Assembly (NCBI GenBank): GCA_947478395.1
Contig: CANJVR010000002.1
Span: 352,001-416,000 of the forward strand
DNA length: 64,000 nucleotides
Direction: 5' to 3'
Source: Opitutia bacterium
Lineage (GTDB): Bacteria; Verrucomicrobiota; Verrucomicrobiia; Opitutales; Opitutaceae
Positions 46,073 through 55,967 of the stretch are shown piece after piece. Under the pieces are notes generated by a model. It was not told where the DNA came from. It ran no database searches and worked only from the letters and a program-made list of their open reading frames with translations. Numbering within the stretch: position 1 is the first letter of the stretch; every line of letters begins with the position of its first letter. Both the position numbers and the translations under genes were made by a program.

Positions 46073-46612
46073 ATGCCCACCGTTCTCGCAATTCTTGCCG
46101 AAGGTTTTGAGGAAATCGAAACGGTCACGCCGATCGATCTTTTGCGGCGGGCCGGAGTCGCAGTTACGGTCGCCGCACTGGCCGAGGGCATTCATGTAAC
46201 TGGCCGCGCCGGCCTCACGTTGCACGCCGACACGCCGCTCTCGGCGGTCATGGCCCATGATTTCGACTGCGTTTTCCTGCCCGGCGGTCCCGGCGTGAAA
46301 AATCTCCGCGCTGACCCTCGCGTGCGCGAACTGGTGCAACGCCAGTATGCCGCCGGTCGCTGGTTGGCGGCGATCTGCGCCGCGCCCACCGTGCTCAACG
46401 ACGCCGGCTTGCTGGCCGGCCGGCGCTACACGGCGCATTTTTCCGTGGCCGACGAATTACCTGATATTCTCGCCCACGAACGGACCGTCACCGACGGCAG
46501 ACTCCTTACATCCCGCGGCGCCGGGACGGCGCTTGATTTTGGCCTTCAACTGGTCGCCCTGCTGTGTGGCTCACCTAAAGCGGACGAAGTCGCGCGCTCC
46601 ATCTGCGCGTGA
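46073..46612 (+). CDS. DJ-1/PfpI (YajL/ThiJ-like) protein
   Basis: GFEEIE, LPGG, AAICAAP and TSRGAGTA motifs. Confidence 0.94.
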   Translation: MPTVLAILAEGFEEIETVTPIDLLRRAGVAVTVAALAEGIHVTGRAGLTLHADTPLSAVMAHDFDCVFLPGGPGVKNLRADPRVRELVQRQYAAGRWLAAICAAPTVLNDAGLLAGRRYTAHFSVADELPDILAHERTVTDGRLLTSRGAGTALDFGLQLVALLCGSPKADEVARSICA

Positions 46613-46770
46613 TCCGCCCCAGATTACCGCACGCCACACGTAGTTTGAGACGACTTCCGCCCTGCGCGCCGCGCGGTCCCATCTTAAAGCCGAAGGTCGA
46701 GGAGCGACGCACCAAAGATCACCGGCTTGACCGTTGAAGGATCGCCCACGCATGCTTGAATCCGCCCAAA

Positions 46771-47838
46771 ATGAATCCCCTGAAAAATCATCGCCTGTCC
46801 CTCGCGCTCTGCGCCGCTCTCACTGGTCTCGCGGCCAACGCCGCTGAAATTGGTCTCCCTCCGACCCTGTCGCCCGACGCCAAGGTCGAAAAACTGGCGA
46901 CGCTGCCAACTGAAACCTATACCGTGTCTGGCCGCCCGTTCACCGAGGGCACAACCACTGCGCCCAATGGCGACGTCTATTTCGTCGAGCAAAACAGCAG
47001 CAAGATCATGAAGTGGAGCGTCGCGGACAAGACACTCTCGGTATTCATGCACCCGGCTGGCTTCTCGAATGGCATGTCCTTCGACGCTAAAGGCAACCTC
47101 ATCGCCTGTGCCGACGAGCGCAACGAGCTTTGGTCGATCTCGCTGACCAAGACGGAAACCATTCCCTACCCGCAACCGCTCAATCCGGCTGTCGGCGAAA
47201 AGCCATCTGCCGAAAAAATCACCCTACCCGCGCACACGGTCCTGCTGGATGGGCACTACAAAGGAAAACTTTTCGGCGGCCCTAACGATCTCTGGATTCG
47301 TCCTGATGGCGGAATCTATTTCACCGATCCCTACTACGCCCGCCAGTGGTGGGCGCCGGGGCGCGTCCAGGAGCAGGAACTGAAAACCGTGTACTTCCTC
47401 TCGTCCGACCACAAAACCGTGACGCGTGTCCTCGCCGAATTTAATTCGGCCAAGGGGGTTCCAGGCACCCCGAACGGAATCATCGGCACGCCCGACGGTA
47501 AAACGCTGTATGTCGCGAATATCGACGGCCGTGAAATCGTCAGCTTCGACGTGCAACCTGACGGCGCTCTGACCAATAAAAAAATCATCTGCAATTTCGG
47601 ATCAGACGGCATGACCCTCGATAACCAGGGCAATCTCTACCTGAGTGCCTTCGGCCGGACCCCGGGTGTCACCGTGGTCAGCACTAAAACCGGCGAGCAG
47701 ATCGGTTTCATTCCTGTGCCGGAAGCGCCCGCCAACATGTGCTTCGGCGGAAAAAACCACGACACTCTCTACATCACCGCACGCACCGGTTTCTATTCCG
47801 TCCCGACCAACGTAAAAGGCGCCAGCTTGGTCAAGTGA
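46771..47838 (+). CDS. Secreted SMP-30/gluconolactonase family protein
   Basis: FTEG, SNGM, GPNDL, YFTDP, PNGI, SDGMT and ANMCFGG motifs. Confidence 0.92.
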   Translation: MNPLKNHRLSLALCAALTGLAANAAEIGLPPTLSPDAKVEKLATLPTETYTVSGRPFTEGTTTAPNGDVYFVEQNSSKIMKWSVADKTLSVFMHPAGFSNGMSFDAKGNLIACADERNELWSISLTKTETIPYPQPLNPAVGEKPSAEKITLPAHTVLLDGHYKGKLFGGPNDLWIRPDGGIYFTDPYYARQWWAPGRVQEQELKTVYFLSSDHKTVTRVLAEFNSAKGVPGTPNGIIGTPDGKTLYVANIDGREIVSFDVQPDGALTNKKIICNFGSDGMTLDNQGNLYLSAFGRTPGVTVVSTKTGEQIGFIPVPEAPANMCFGGKNHDTLYITARTGFYSVPTNVKGASLVK

Positions 47839-48167
47839 TGGACTTGAAAACGCACCGCGGTCCTCGAGGTTGACGCGCGAAGCGGCAGGCCGACCTGCTT
47901 TCGTGTTTCGGCGGCAGATTCTGGTTCAGGCTCCCGCGTGAAGCTCAACATCGGAAAGTGCTTTGAAGCCCGTGCCAGCGCTGGCAGGCCGGGCGCCGGC
48001 CAGTCTGCGGCGATGCGACGCCGGGTGGCACGGGACCGGGACGCTTGTCGAGGCCCATGTCGAGCTCGGTCCCTTTAGTTACGGTATGACTGCCACCGCG
48101 ATTCCGGGAAAACGGTGGCACCGTTGAAATATCAACCGAGATCGTTGCTCCTCCCTACTTATCCTCC

Positions 48168-49556
48168 ATGAAATCCTACGATTTTGTCAGTATCGGCGGC
48201 GGCAGTGCGGGCTTTAACGCCGCCCGGGTCGCGACCGGGCTCGGCCTCCGCACGGCGATTGTTGACGGTGCAAAAGACCTCGGCGGCCTCTGCATCCTGC
48301 GTGGCTGCATGCCCTCAAAAACCTTGATCTACATGGCCGAGGTTCTGCACCTCGCCCAAAAGGGAAAAACCTTCGGTCTGAATATTCGTTCCGCCCGCGC
48401 CAACATGAAAGCAATGCAGGCGCGAAAGAAGAAAATCATTGCCGAGTTCGCCGCGTACCGGGTTGAGGCGCTGCACGCAGGTAAATTCGACCTGATTCGA
48501 GCCCACGCTTTTTTCATCGATCCGCACACGCTCCAGCTCAGCAGTGGTCAAAAAATTCGCTCTAAATATTTTCTGATCGGCACCGGCTCCAAGGTCAGTG
48601 TGCCGCCCGTGCCTGGACTCGCCGACGCCAAATGCTGGACGAGTGACGACGTCCTGAACCTCGATTTTATCCCGAAGAGCGTCATCGTCTTGGGCGGTGG
48701 CATCGTAGCCTGCGAACTCGCGCAGTTTCTCAACCGCATCGGCTCGCGCGTGACCTTGATTCAACGCAGTCAGAATATACTACGGGATCATTCTGATGCT
48801 GCGTCTTCGGTCGTGCAAAAAGCTCTCGCCGACGAAGGCATCGAGCTGTTTGCCGGCACCCAACTACAAAACGTCGCGCAAAATGCCCGCGGCGTCGCGG
48901 TCTCTTTTGTCCACGATGGGAAACTCGTCGTGCGCAGGGCCGCGCATCTTTTCAACGCCCTCGGCCGCGAGCCCAACACCGCGTCGCTCACCCTGCCTGC
49001 CGCCGGCGTTAAAACGCGGGGCCGCGGCCGGATTGTTATCAATCGCTGGCAGCAAACCAGTGCGCCGCATATTTACGCCGCGGGGGATTGCTCCGGTCCG
49101 GCTGAGATCGTTCATATCGCGATCCAGCAGGGCGAACTCGCGGCCCGCCACGCCGCCGGCATCAAAAAACTGAAACCAGTCGATTGGTCGCTGTTGCTCA
49201 ACGTCGTCTTCACGGACCCGCAGCTCGCCACCATCGGACGCCTCGAACGGGAGCTGACCGAGCAAAATATCGATTATCTCACTGCGAGTTATCCGTTCAA
49301 TGATCACGGCAAATCCATCCTAATGGAGGCGAATTACGGCTACGTGAAAGTCATCGCCGAGCCCAAGCGCGGTCGCATTCTTGGGGCCGAAATCGTCGGC
49401 AAAGACGCCGGCGAACTCATCCACGCGTTCAGCGGGCCCCTCGCGATGAAGGCCACGGTATTCGATCTGCTCCGCGCGCCCTGGTACCATCCTACGCTTG
49501 GCGAGATCATCACTTATCCGCTCGAAGAAATTGCGGAGAAGATCAACGGGCCGTGA
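48168..49556 (+). CDS. Class I pyridine nucleotide-disulfide oxidoreductase (Lpd-like)
   Basis: IGGGSAG, GGLCILRGCMPSK, YAAGD and HPTLGE motifs. Confidence 0.9.
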   Translation: MKSYDFVSIGGGSAGFNAARVATGLGLRTAIVDGAKDLGGLCILRGCMPSKTLIYMAEVLHLAQKGKTFGLNIRSARANMKAMQARKKKIIAEFAAYRVEALHAGKFDLIRAHAFFIDPHTLQLSSGQKIRSKYFLIGTGSKVSVPPVPGLADAKCWTSDDVLNLDFIPKSVIVLGGGIVACELAQFLNRIGSRVTLIQRSQNILRDHSDAASSVVQKALADEGIELFAGTQLQNVAQNARGVAVSFVHDGKLVVRRAAHLFNALGREPNTASLTLPAAGVKTRGRGRIVINRWQQTSAPHIYAAGDCSGPAEIVHIAIQQGELAARHAAGIKKLKPVDWSLLLNVVFTDPQLATIGRLERELTEQNIDYLTASYPFNDHGKSILMEANYGYVKVIAEPKRGRILGAEIVGKDAGELIHAFSGPLAMKATVFDLLRAPWYHPTLGEIITYPLEEIAEKINGP

Positions 49557-49587
49557 ACGCTGCGCTGCGCCCTGCCGCGCAGGGATT

Positions 49588-50313
49588 CTAAGGCGCGAGG
49601 GTGAGCAGGTCGGCCAGGTCCACGCGTTTTTCGTAGATCGCTTTGCCCACGATTACTCCGTCGAGATTCGCATAACGGCGCGCTAAGCTCACGAGGTTTT
49701 TTACATCCTCGCGCTGACTCACCCCGCCACTCGCGATAACGTTAAACTTTCCTGCGGCGAGCACCGCTTCTTGGGCGGCCAGATTCGGTCCCGTCATCAT
49801 GCCGTCGGTGCCGATGTCGGTGTAGATGAGAGTCCGTACATCGAGGGCATCCATGCGCTTCGCCAGCGTCAGCGCCCCGGTGCCCGTGGTGTCGACCCAG
49901 CCTTTTACCGCCACCAGACCGTTCTTGGCATCGATGCCGACCGCGATTTTTTCGCCGAAGGCCTGCACGAGTTCGCCCACAAAGCTTTCGCTCTCCGCGG
50001 CGCGCGTGCCGATGACCACCCGACTCACGCCGAATCCGAGCGCGCGCTCCACCGCAGCCCGCGCCCGCAAGCCGCCGCCGAGCTGGACCTTCATCCCAAG
50101 TGCGGCGATGGCCTGGACGACCGCGAGATTCTGGGGCTCGCCCATGAACGCTCCGTCGAGGTCGACCACATGCACCCAGGCGCTGCCGGCCGCCTTGAAC
50201 TGCTGCGCGATGTCGACCGGGTTTTCGGCGTAGACTGTTTCCTGATCAGCGCGGCCCTGCGTTAGCCGCACGCAACGGCCGCCCTTGATGTCGATGGCTG
50301 GATAAATCGTCAT
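49588..50313 (-). CDS. hisA: ProFAR isomerase HisA
   Basis: IYPAIDIKGGRCVRL.QG, HVVDLDGA, GGGLR, TDI..DG...GPN and ASGG motifs. Confidence 0.97.
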   Translation of the reverse strand: MTIYPAIDIKGGRCVRLTQGRADQETVYAENPVDIAQQFKAAGSAWVHVVDLDGAFMGEPQNLAVVQAIAALGMKVQLGGGLRARAAVERALGFGVSRVVIGTRAAESESFVGELVQAFGEKIAVGIDAKNGLVAVKGWVDTTGTGALTLAKRMDALDVRTLIYTDIGTDGMMTGPNLAAQEAVLAAGKFNVIASGGVSQREDVKNLVSLARRYANLDGVIVGKAIYEKRVDLADLLTLAP

Positions 50314-50362
50314 TCGACAAAAACGTTTTGCGCCCCCGCCCGAAGGGGCGAGACTAAACGAA

Positions 50363-51430
50363 ATGTCATCCTATCAAGTTCCACCCTTTCTCGCCGAACT
50401 GCTGCACGCTCGCTCGCCCTCCGGCTACGAGTTCGAAGCCCAAGCGGTGTTCGATCGCCACGTGAAGCCCGCGGCCGATCTCTACGCCAAGGACGCCATG
50501 GGGAACCGCCTCGCGACCCTTAATCCCTCGGGCGACCCGGTGCTCATGCTGGCGGGCCACATGGACGAACTCGGTCTCATCATTACGTTCATCAACAAGG
50601 ATGGATTTATTTATTTCGACACGATCGGCGGCCATGACCTCAGCATCATCTCGGGTCGGCGCGTCATCATCCAAACCGAACACGGCCCCGTGAAAGGCGT
50701 CACCGGCAAGCGCGCCATCCATCTCATGGACGAGGAGGATCGCAAAAAAGTCCCGAAGAAGCACGAGATCTGGATCGATATCGGCGCGTCTTCCAAAAAG
50801 GAAGCCCTTGAACGAGTCGGAATTGGCGACGTCGCCACCTACGATCACGAGTTGGAAATGATTCACGGCAGCATCGGAACGGCGCGCGCGTTCGACAACA
50901 AAGTCGGCGCCTACGTCGTGGGCGAGACACTCATCCGGCTCGCCAAGGAAAGAAAGAAACTCGCCGCAAAAGTCGTCAGCGTCGCCACGGCGCAGGAGGA
51001 AATAGGCGTTCGCGGCGCCACCACGGCGGTCTACACCGTTGATCCTCACATCGCCCTTGCGGTCGACGTCGGGCACGCCACGGACCATCCCGATTGCGAC
51101 AATCGAAAATTCGGCGAAACCAAGCTGGGCGGCGGTCCGATCATCTGCCGCGGCGCCAATATCAATCACAAGGTTTTCGAGCGCCTCGTAAAAGCCGCCA
51201 AAAAACTGAAAATTCCTTACCAAATCGAGGCTGATCCCCGTCCGACCGGCACCGATGCCCGCGCGGTGCAAATCGGCCGCGGCGGCGTCGCGACCGGGTT
51301 GGTGAGCATCCCGCTGCGTTACATGCATACTCCAAGCGAAGTCGTGGACCTCCAGGATGTGGAGCGCTGCGTGCAACTCTTCGTCGAGTTCGCGAAGGGT
51401 CTGGAAAAAGGCGACTACGCGCACTGGTGA
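50363..51430 (+). CDS. M42 family metallo-aminopeptidase
   Basis: SPSGYE, AGHMDE, AFDNK, QEEIG, GTDA and RYMHTPSE motifs. Confidence 0.95.
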   Translation: MSSYQVPPFLAELLHARSPSGYEFEAQAVFDRHVKPAADLYAKDAMGNRLATLNPSGDPVLMLAGHMDELGLIITFINKDGFIYFDTIGGHDLSIISGRRVIIQTEHGPVKGVTGKRAIHLMDEEDRKKVPKKHEIWIDIGASSKKEALERVGIGDVATYDHELEMIHGSIGTARAFDNKVGAYVVGETLIRLAKERKKLAAKVVSVATAQEEIGVRGATTAVYTVDPHIALAVDVGHATDHPDCDNRKFGETKLGGGPIICRGANINHKVFERLVKAAKKLKIPYQIEADPRPTGTDARAVQIGRGGVATGLVSIPLRYMHTPSEVVDLQDVERCVQLFVEFAKGLEKGDYAHW

Positions 51431-51564
51431 TCCGAATCCCAAACACGTCAGAGGAGACCGTCCCGCACCACGGCTGGTGCCGCCCGCTCTGCCCCCTGCA
51501 GAGGGCATCGATCGGGCTTTTCCTTTGAGTCCGTGATTTAAAACTTCATCCGAAAGCTATTCCA

Positions 51565-52557
51565 ATGATCGCCACTCTCGACGCACCTCTGACCGACGCG
51601 CTGTGCGATCCGCTCGCGCTCCGGGTTGAGGGCTGGATCCACGGAGATAAGGACCACGAGAATATCATTGGCGTCGAAATTTGTGCAGACGGCGAACGCG
51701 TCGGTTTGACCTACGCCTTGGCGTTGCGCCCGGACGTCGTCGCAGCCCTCGCGCTCCCGGCTGGCATCCGCACCGGATTTTTGCTCGACGCGCACTGCCC
51801 GGCCGCCCGCTTCGACGCACCCCTCACACTCGCGGTTCACGCTGTCTTCCGCGATGGATCGCGCTCGGCTCCGCTCGTAACCCGCGAGGTGCGGATGATG
51901 GCCCGCGACTATCGCCGCAACCATTTCGGAGTTCTGCTCGATCAGAGCACGATCGCGGTGCAACGCCGTGGAAATATTTTCGCCACCGGCCCGTCGCTTT
52001 CCGAGCCAAGCCCGGAGATTACGCAGCTGCTCGCGCGCTATTTGCCCCGTGCACCGCGCCGAATCCTCGATGTTGGCTGCGGGATTGGCTCCTATGGTCG
52101 CGGCTTAATCGCGCAGGGTTACGACTGGCACGGCGCGGAAGTCAGCGCGTCGGACTGCGCCGAACTCAAACGACTTGGACTTCCGCACACGCACGTCAGT
52201 CCGGGCAGGCTGCCGTTTGCTGATGCCACGTTCGATTCGGCCATCGCGATTGAAGTCCTCGAACACATCGAAGAGCCTCGTCCGTTCCTCACCGAGATTC
52301 GCCGCGCCGCGCCGCGTCAGTTGATCGTATCCGTGCCGAATTCCGAGTTGCTCGGCTATCTTTACGATTATCTGGCGACGCCGTGGCACATGCTTGAGGG
52401 CGATCACAAAAACTTTTTCACCCGCTGGAGTTTGGGTGCGTTGCTGGGTGAATTTTATCCGCGGGTCGAAGTCGGTTTTCACACGCCCTATCCCTTGCGC
52501 ACCGTCGAAGGCACGCCGCTGCACTACAATCTCTTCGCGGTCGCCAGTACGCCATGA
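51565..52557 (+). CDS. Class I SAM-dependent methyltransferase with N-terminal accessory domain
   Basis: ILDVGCGIG, LPFADATFD, EVLEHI and SVPN motifs. Confidence 0.88.
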   Translation: MIATLDAPLTDALCDPLALRVEGWIHGDKDHENIIGVEICADGERVGLTYALALRPDVVAALALPAGIRTGFLLDAHCPAARFDAPLTLAVHAVFRDGSRSAPLVTREVRMMARDYRRNHFGVLLDQSTIAVQRRGNIFATGPSLSEPSPEITQLLARYLPRAPRRILDVGCGIGSYGRGLIAQGYDWHGAEVSASDCAELKRLGLPHTHVSPGRLPFADATFDSAIAIEVLEHIEEPRPFLTEIRRAAPRQLIVSVPNSELLGYLYDYLATPWHMLEGDHKNFFTRWSLGALLGEFYPRVEVGFHTPYPLRTVEGTPLHYNLFAVASTP

Positions 52558-53756
52558 GCGGAGTCCCGTCGGCCCGGGCCGCTGCCCGAACGAGGCGCCT
52601 GCTCATCGCCTTTGCCGCGGTCGCCCTCGTCGCCGTGCGCAAGTCCGACAGCTTGCTCAATCCGCAATTTTGGGCGGAAGACGGCGCCCTCTTCTTCATC
52701 GAAGCCGAGGGGTACGGCGGCTGGTTTGACCTTTTTCGGGCCTACGAAGGCTATCTTCATTTTATCCCGCGTTTCATCGCCGCCACGGCGACTGCGCTGC
52801 CCTTGGAGATTGTCCCCGGATTCTACGCGGGATGCGCGTTAGCGGTGACCGGCATGGTGGCGTGGTGGCTGCAGTCGCCCCGAATTCCGCTTCCTGGCGG
52901 CTGGGTCGCAGCACTCGCTATAGGGGCCGTCCCGCACACCGGCGAAGTGTGGCTGACCACTAGCAATCTACAGTGGATCACAGCGCTCGGACTTTTCGCG
53001 CTCGTCATCGTCCGCGATGCCGACACCGCGACTTCGCGCGGCGGCGAACTCGGTTTCCTGGCGATCACTGGGCTCACCGGGCCCTTTATTATTCTGGCGC
53101 TGCCGATGTTTTTGTGGCGCGCGATCGAGCGGCGCTCCCGCTGGAGTTGGATCTTGTGCGCCTCGGCCGGGATCATTGCGGCGTGCCATCTGCCCTCGCT
53201 CCTGGCGCGGACGCAGCCGGCCGAAGTTGTGCCGTGGGCGCCCTGGCATCATCTCGCAATCGCAGGACGCCGCACGGTCGGCACCCTCTTTTTCGGCCAC
53301 CTCGAGCTGAACGAGATGATCGCGGCATTGCTCGGATTAGGTTTCACCGCCATCATCATTCCCGTGCTGTGGCAGCAGCGTGCGCGGTTAAAAGGCGGCC
53401 TGCCGCTCCTGTTCGCCGCACTCGTGGTGCTGGCCGCCACCGGCTACAAGGCCCGTCCGGACACTTGGACCCTCAGCGAACTGGGCAACGGCGACCGCTA
53501 CTTCTTTATACCTAAAGTTATTTTGCTCTGGCTGCTCGCCGCGCTCGCGCTGACGTCGCATGGACGCGTCCGCATCACGCTGGTGGCCGCGGGCGTTGTT
53601 GCGCTTGCGGCGAACGCGCCACGTTTTTTCATCCCGCCCGCACCAGACCAACACTGGAGCACCTCCTGTGAATTGATCGCGCGCGGTCAACCCGTGTGGG
53701 TGCCGATTCTGCCAGCCGACAGTTATATGCTCCATCCCGGCCGACGCCCGCGTTGA
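52554..53756 (+). CDS. Polytopic membrane protein, putative GT-C-type glycosyltransferase
   Basis: About 10 TM helices with a PQFWAEDG acidic loop after TM1; ATGA overlap with the methyltransferase. GT-C assignment is inference. Confidence 0.6.
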   Translation: MSGVPSARAAARTRRLLIAFAAVALVAVRKSDSLLNPQFWAEDGALFFIEAEGYGGWFDLFRAYEGYLHFIPRFIAATATALPLEIVPGFYAGCALAVTGMVAWWLQSPRIPLPGGWVAALAIGAVPHTGEVWLTTSNLQWITALGLFALVIVRDADTATSRGGELGFLAITGLTGPFIILALPMFLWRAIERRSRWSWILCASAGIIAACHLPSLLARTQPAEVVPWAPWHHLAIAGRRTVGTLFFGHLELNEMIAALLGLGFTAIIIPVLWQQRARLKGGLPLLFAALVVLAATGYKARPDTWTLSELGNGDRYFFIPKVILLWLLAALALTSHGRVRITLVAAGVVALAANAPRFFIPPAPDQHWSTSCELIARGQPVWVPILPADSYMLHPGRRPR

Positions 53757-53832
53757 AGCTCCTAGGTTGGGCGACGCTTCAGCCGACATTCCGACCTCAG
53801 TAGCGGTTTTAGCCTAGCCGTGGCCGTTTTGG

Positions 53833-53902
53833 GTAGCGGCAGGCGTCTCTGCCTGCCGGGTTCCGCGTCCTCGCCTCGGCACGCAGGGACGCCGGCCGCT
53901 GC
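53833..53902. repeat. Inverted REP doublet
   Basis: GTAGCGGCAGGCGTCTCTGCCTGCCG...CGGCACGCAGGGACGCCGGCCGCTGC. Confidence 0.8.
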
Positions 53903-54016
53903 GTTGTTTGCCGCGAAATCCTTTGCGGCTACGCAAGCGCGATCAAGGGTCGCGCTACTTCAAATGCGAATTCCCGCTTCCCGTTGCGCCGTGCGTCTGT
54001 CTCTTTTGTGGGCTGA

Positions 54017-55897
54017 GTGTTTTTCGTATTTAAAAAAATCATTCCGACGGGTCTCGCCGCCTGCCTTTTCGTTTTCGTGCTCGGTGCACGTTGGGCGGTG
54101 TTCGACCGCTTCGGCATGGACCTGCCTGAATGGGATCAGTGGGACGCCGAGGGACTCAATCTCCTCGCGCCTTGGTTTACGCATGACCATTTCTGGCGCG
54201 CACTTTTTGCGCCGCACAACGAGCACCGCGTGGTCCTCACCAAGCTTCTGAATCTCGGCCTTACGCTGGCCAACGGGCAGTGGGATCAAAGACTGGAGGC
54301 CACGGTGAACGCGGTTCTGCCGGCGACAATTGCCGTCGTTTTTTTCCTCCTCGGCTGGCGGCATCTCAGCGCGAAAACGCGCGCACCGCTCTGGGTTTTT
54401 CTAGCGGTCGCCTTCGGTCTCCCTCTGGGCTGGCAAAACGTGTTGGGCGGGTTTCATTCGCAGCAATTTTTTCTTGTTGGCCTGGCGTTTGCCGCGATCG
54501 CGCTGCTCCCGCGCAATCCGTCATTTTCCGCCCCGTGGTGGCTCGGCGTACTGGCCGCCGCGCTCGGACTTTTTAGCATGGCCTCGGGTTTTTTCGCCGC
54601 CGTCGCCGTTATCGCGGTGCTGGGACTGCAACTGTTGCGCCGGGTCAGCACGCTGCGCGCGGCGATGCCCACGATCTTTGTCTGCGGAATCCTCGCCGCA
54701 CTCGGCTGGTTCACCCGCCATGAAGTCGATTATCATGCGTCGCTCAAGGCACAGAGCTTGTCGGATTTCGCCCTGACGATTCTCTACAGCTTGCAATGGC
54801 CGGCGCCGTTTACCCCGTGGTTCGGGCTCGTGATGTGGCTGCCGTGGTCATGGCTCACTTTCCGCGTGCTGCGGTCATCGTCGCGACTTTCCGTTCCCGC
54901 CTGTACTTTCGGCTATCTCGTTATCGGCCTCGGCGCTTGGGTGTGGCTTCAGCTCCTCGCGACGGGCTACGCGCGTGGGGCCGGCGGACCGCATCCGGCG
55001 TCCCGGTACATCGACACGCTGGTCTTCGGCCTCACGGCCAACGCGCTCGCCCTCGCCTGGCTGGCTTCTTTCGCTTTCACCGTCCAACGAGCCCGAGTCG
55101 TCTACGCAGTGCTCACGGTGGCATGGGTTGGCTTATTCAGTTGGGGCGTGGGCCGTGAACTCAAGGAAACGCTCACCGTCGCGCTGCCGCCGGTGAAAGT
55201 TTATCACGACTACGCGAAACAAAACGTCCGCAACTATCTCCTTACCGGCGATGAAGCGCATTTGAATCACGACGAAATTCCGTACCCGGGCGCAGGGGCG
55301 TTTCTGGTGCGGATCGGCCTAGCCGATCTGCGTACACGGCTGCCGGTGAGCGTACGTCCGCCGCTTCCGCTGACGCCGGCGCAAAGCAATTTCATGAGTT
55401 CACCGGGTCTCAGTGGAGCTACGGCGCCCGGTCTATCACCCGAGGTGCATGCCCTCGATTACCGCAAGACTTGGGGCACCTTTTCGTCCAACCGAACCGG
55501 GCTGCAAACGCGTGAGTTTTTCAGTGCTCCGTTACGGGCTCCGCTGGGCGGCTGGCTGCAATTTGAAATTGCCGGTCATGTCGGTGAGCCGGATGTGGTG
55601 CTTGAGTTGCGCGATGCGCATACTGGCGCCGCGCTCGCGCCGATCGTTTCCAATCAAGTTCCGGGGAACGCCTGGCGGGCCTCGTATGTGCGGGCGCCGG
55701 CTGGAGATTTTTTCGTGTACGCCCGAGCGCCCGATCCGGCGCGCTGGCTGGCGTTTTCTGAGCCCGCCGAAATGGCCACGGGTTCCTTCTGGGCCTGGCA
55801 GTTTTCAAAACACGGAGTGCTCGTTGCGGAGATCGCGCTCGGAGCGGCGGCGCTTTTGGCGCTGGCCGGCTGGCGCATGCGCGCGCCCCAATCTTGA
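54017..55897 (+). CDS. Polytopic membrane protein, putative GT-C-type, with C-terminal soluble domain
   Basis: DLPEWDQWD and PHNEHR loop after TM1, many TM helices and SRY motif. GT-C assignment is inference. Confidence 0.6.
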   Translation: MFFVFKKIIPTGLAACLFVFVLGARWAVFDRFGMDLPEWDQWDAEGLNLLAPWFTHDHFWRALFAPHNEHRVVLTKLLNLGLTLANGQWDQRLEATVNAVLPATIAVVFFLLGWRHLSAKTRAPLWVFLAVAFGLPLGWQNVLGGFHSQQFFLVGLAFAAIALLPRNPSFSAPWWLGVLAAALGLFSMASGFFAAVAVIAVLGLQLLRRVSTLRAAMPTIFVCGILAALGWFTRHEVDYHASLKAQSLSDFALTILYSLQWPAPFTPWFGLVMWLPWSWLTFRVLRSSSRLSVPACTFGYLVIGLGAWVWLQLLATGYARGAGGPHPASRYIDTLVFGLTANALALAWLASFAFTVQRARVVYAVLTVAWVGLFSWGVGRELKETLTVALPPVKVYHDYAKQNVRNYLLTGDEAHLNHDEIPYPGAGAFLVRIGLADLRTRLPVSVRPPLPLTPAQSNFMSSPGLSGATAPGLSPEVHALDYRKTWGTFSSNRTGLQTREFFSAPLRAPLGGWLQFEIAGHVGEPDVVLELRDAHTGAALAPIVSNQVPGNAWRASYVRAPAGDFFVYARAPDPARWLAFSEPAEMATGSFWAWQFSKHGVLVAEIALGAAALLALAGWRMRAPQS

Positions 55898-55967
55898 ATT
55901 TTTAGGTCCGGCGTGGGGATCCCACCTTTACCTCGCTTCTTTGGCATCGGGACTGCTTTCCTGCGGC

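Noticed and set aside
48168..49556. Mercuric reductase (merA) assignment
   Set aside because: No C-terminal Cys-Cys, no N-terminal metal-binding domain and no mer genes nearby.
55413..55967. N-terminal extension of the 791-aa adenine deaminase ORF
   Set aside because: It overlaps the upstream membrane gene in another frame; recognisable sequence begins at ATG 55968.
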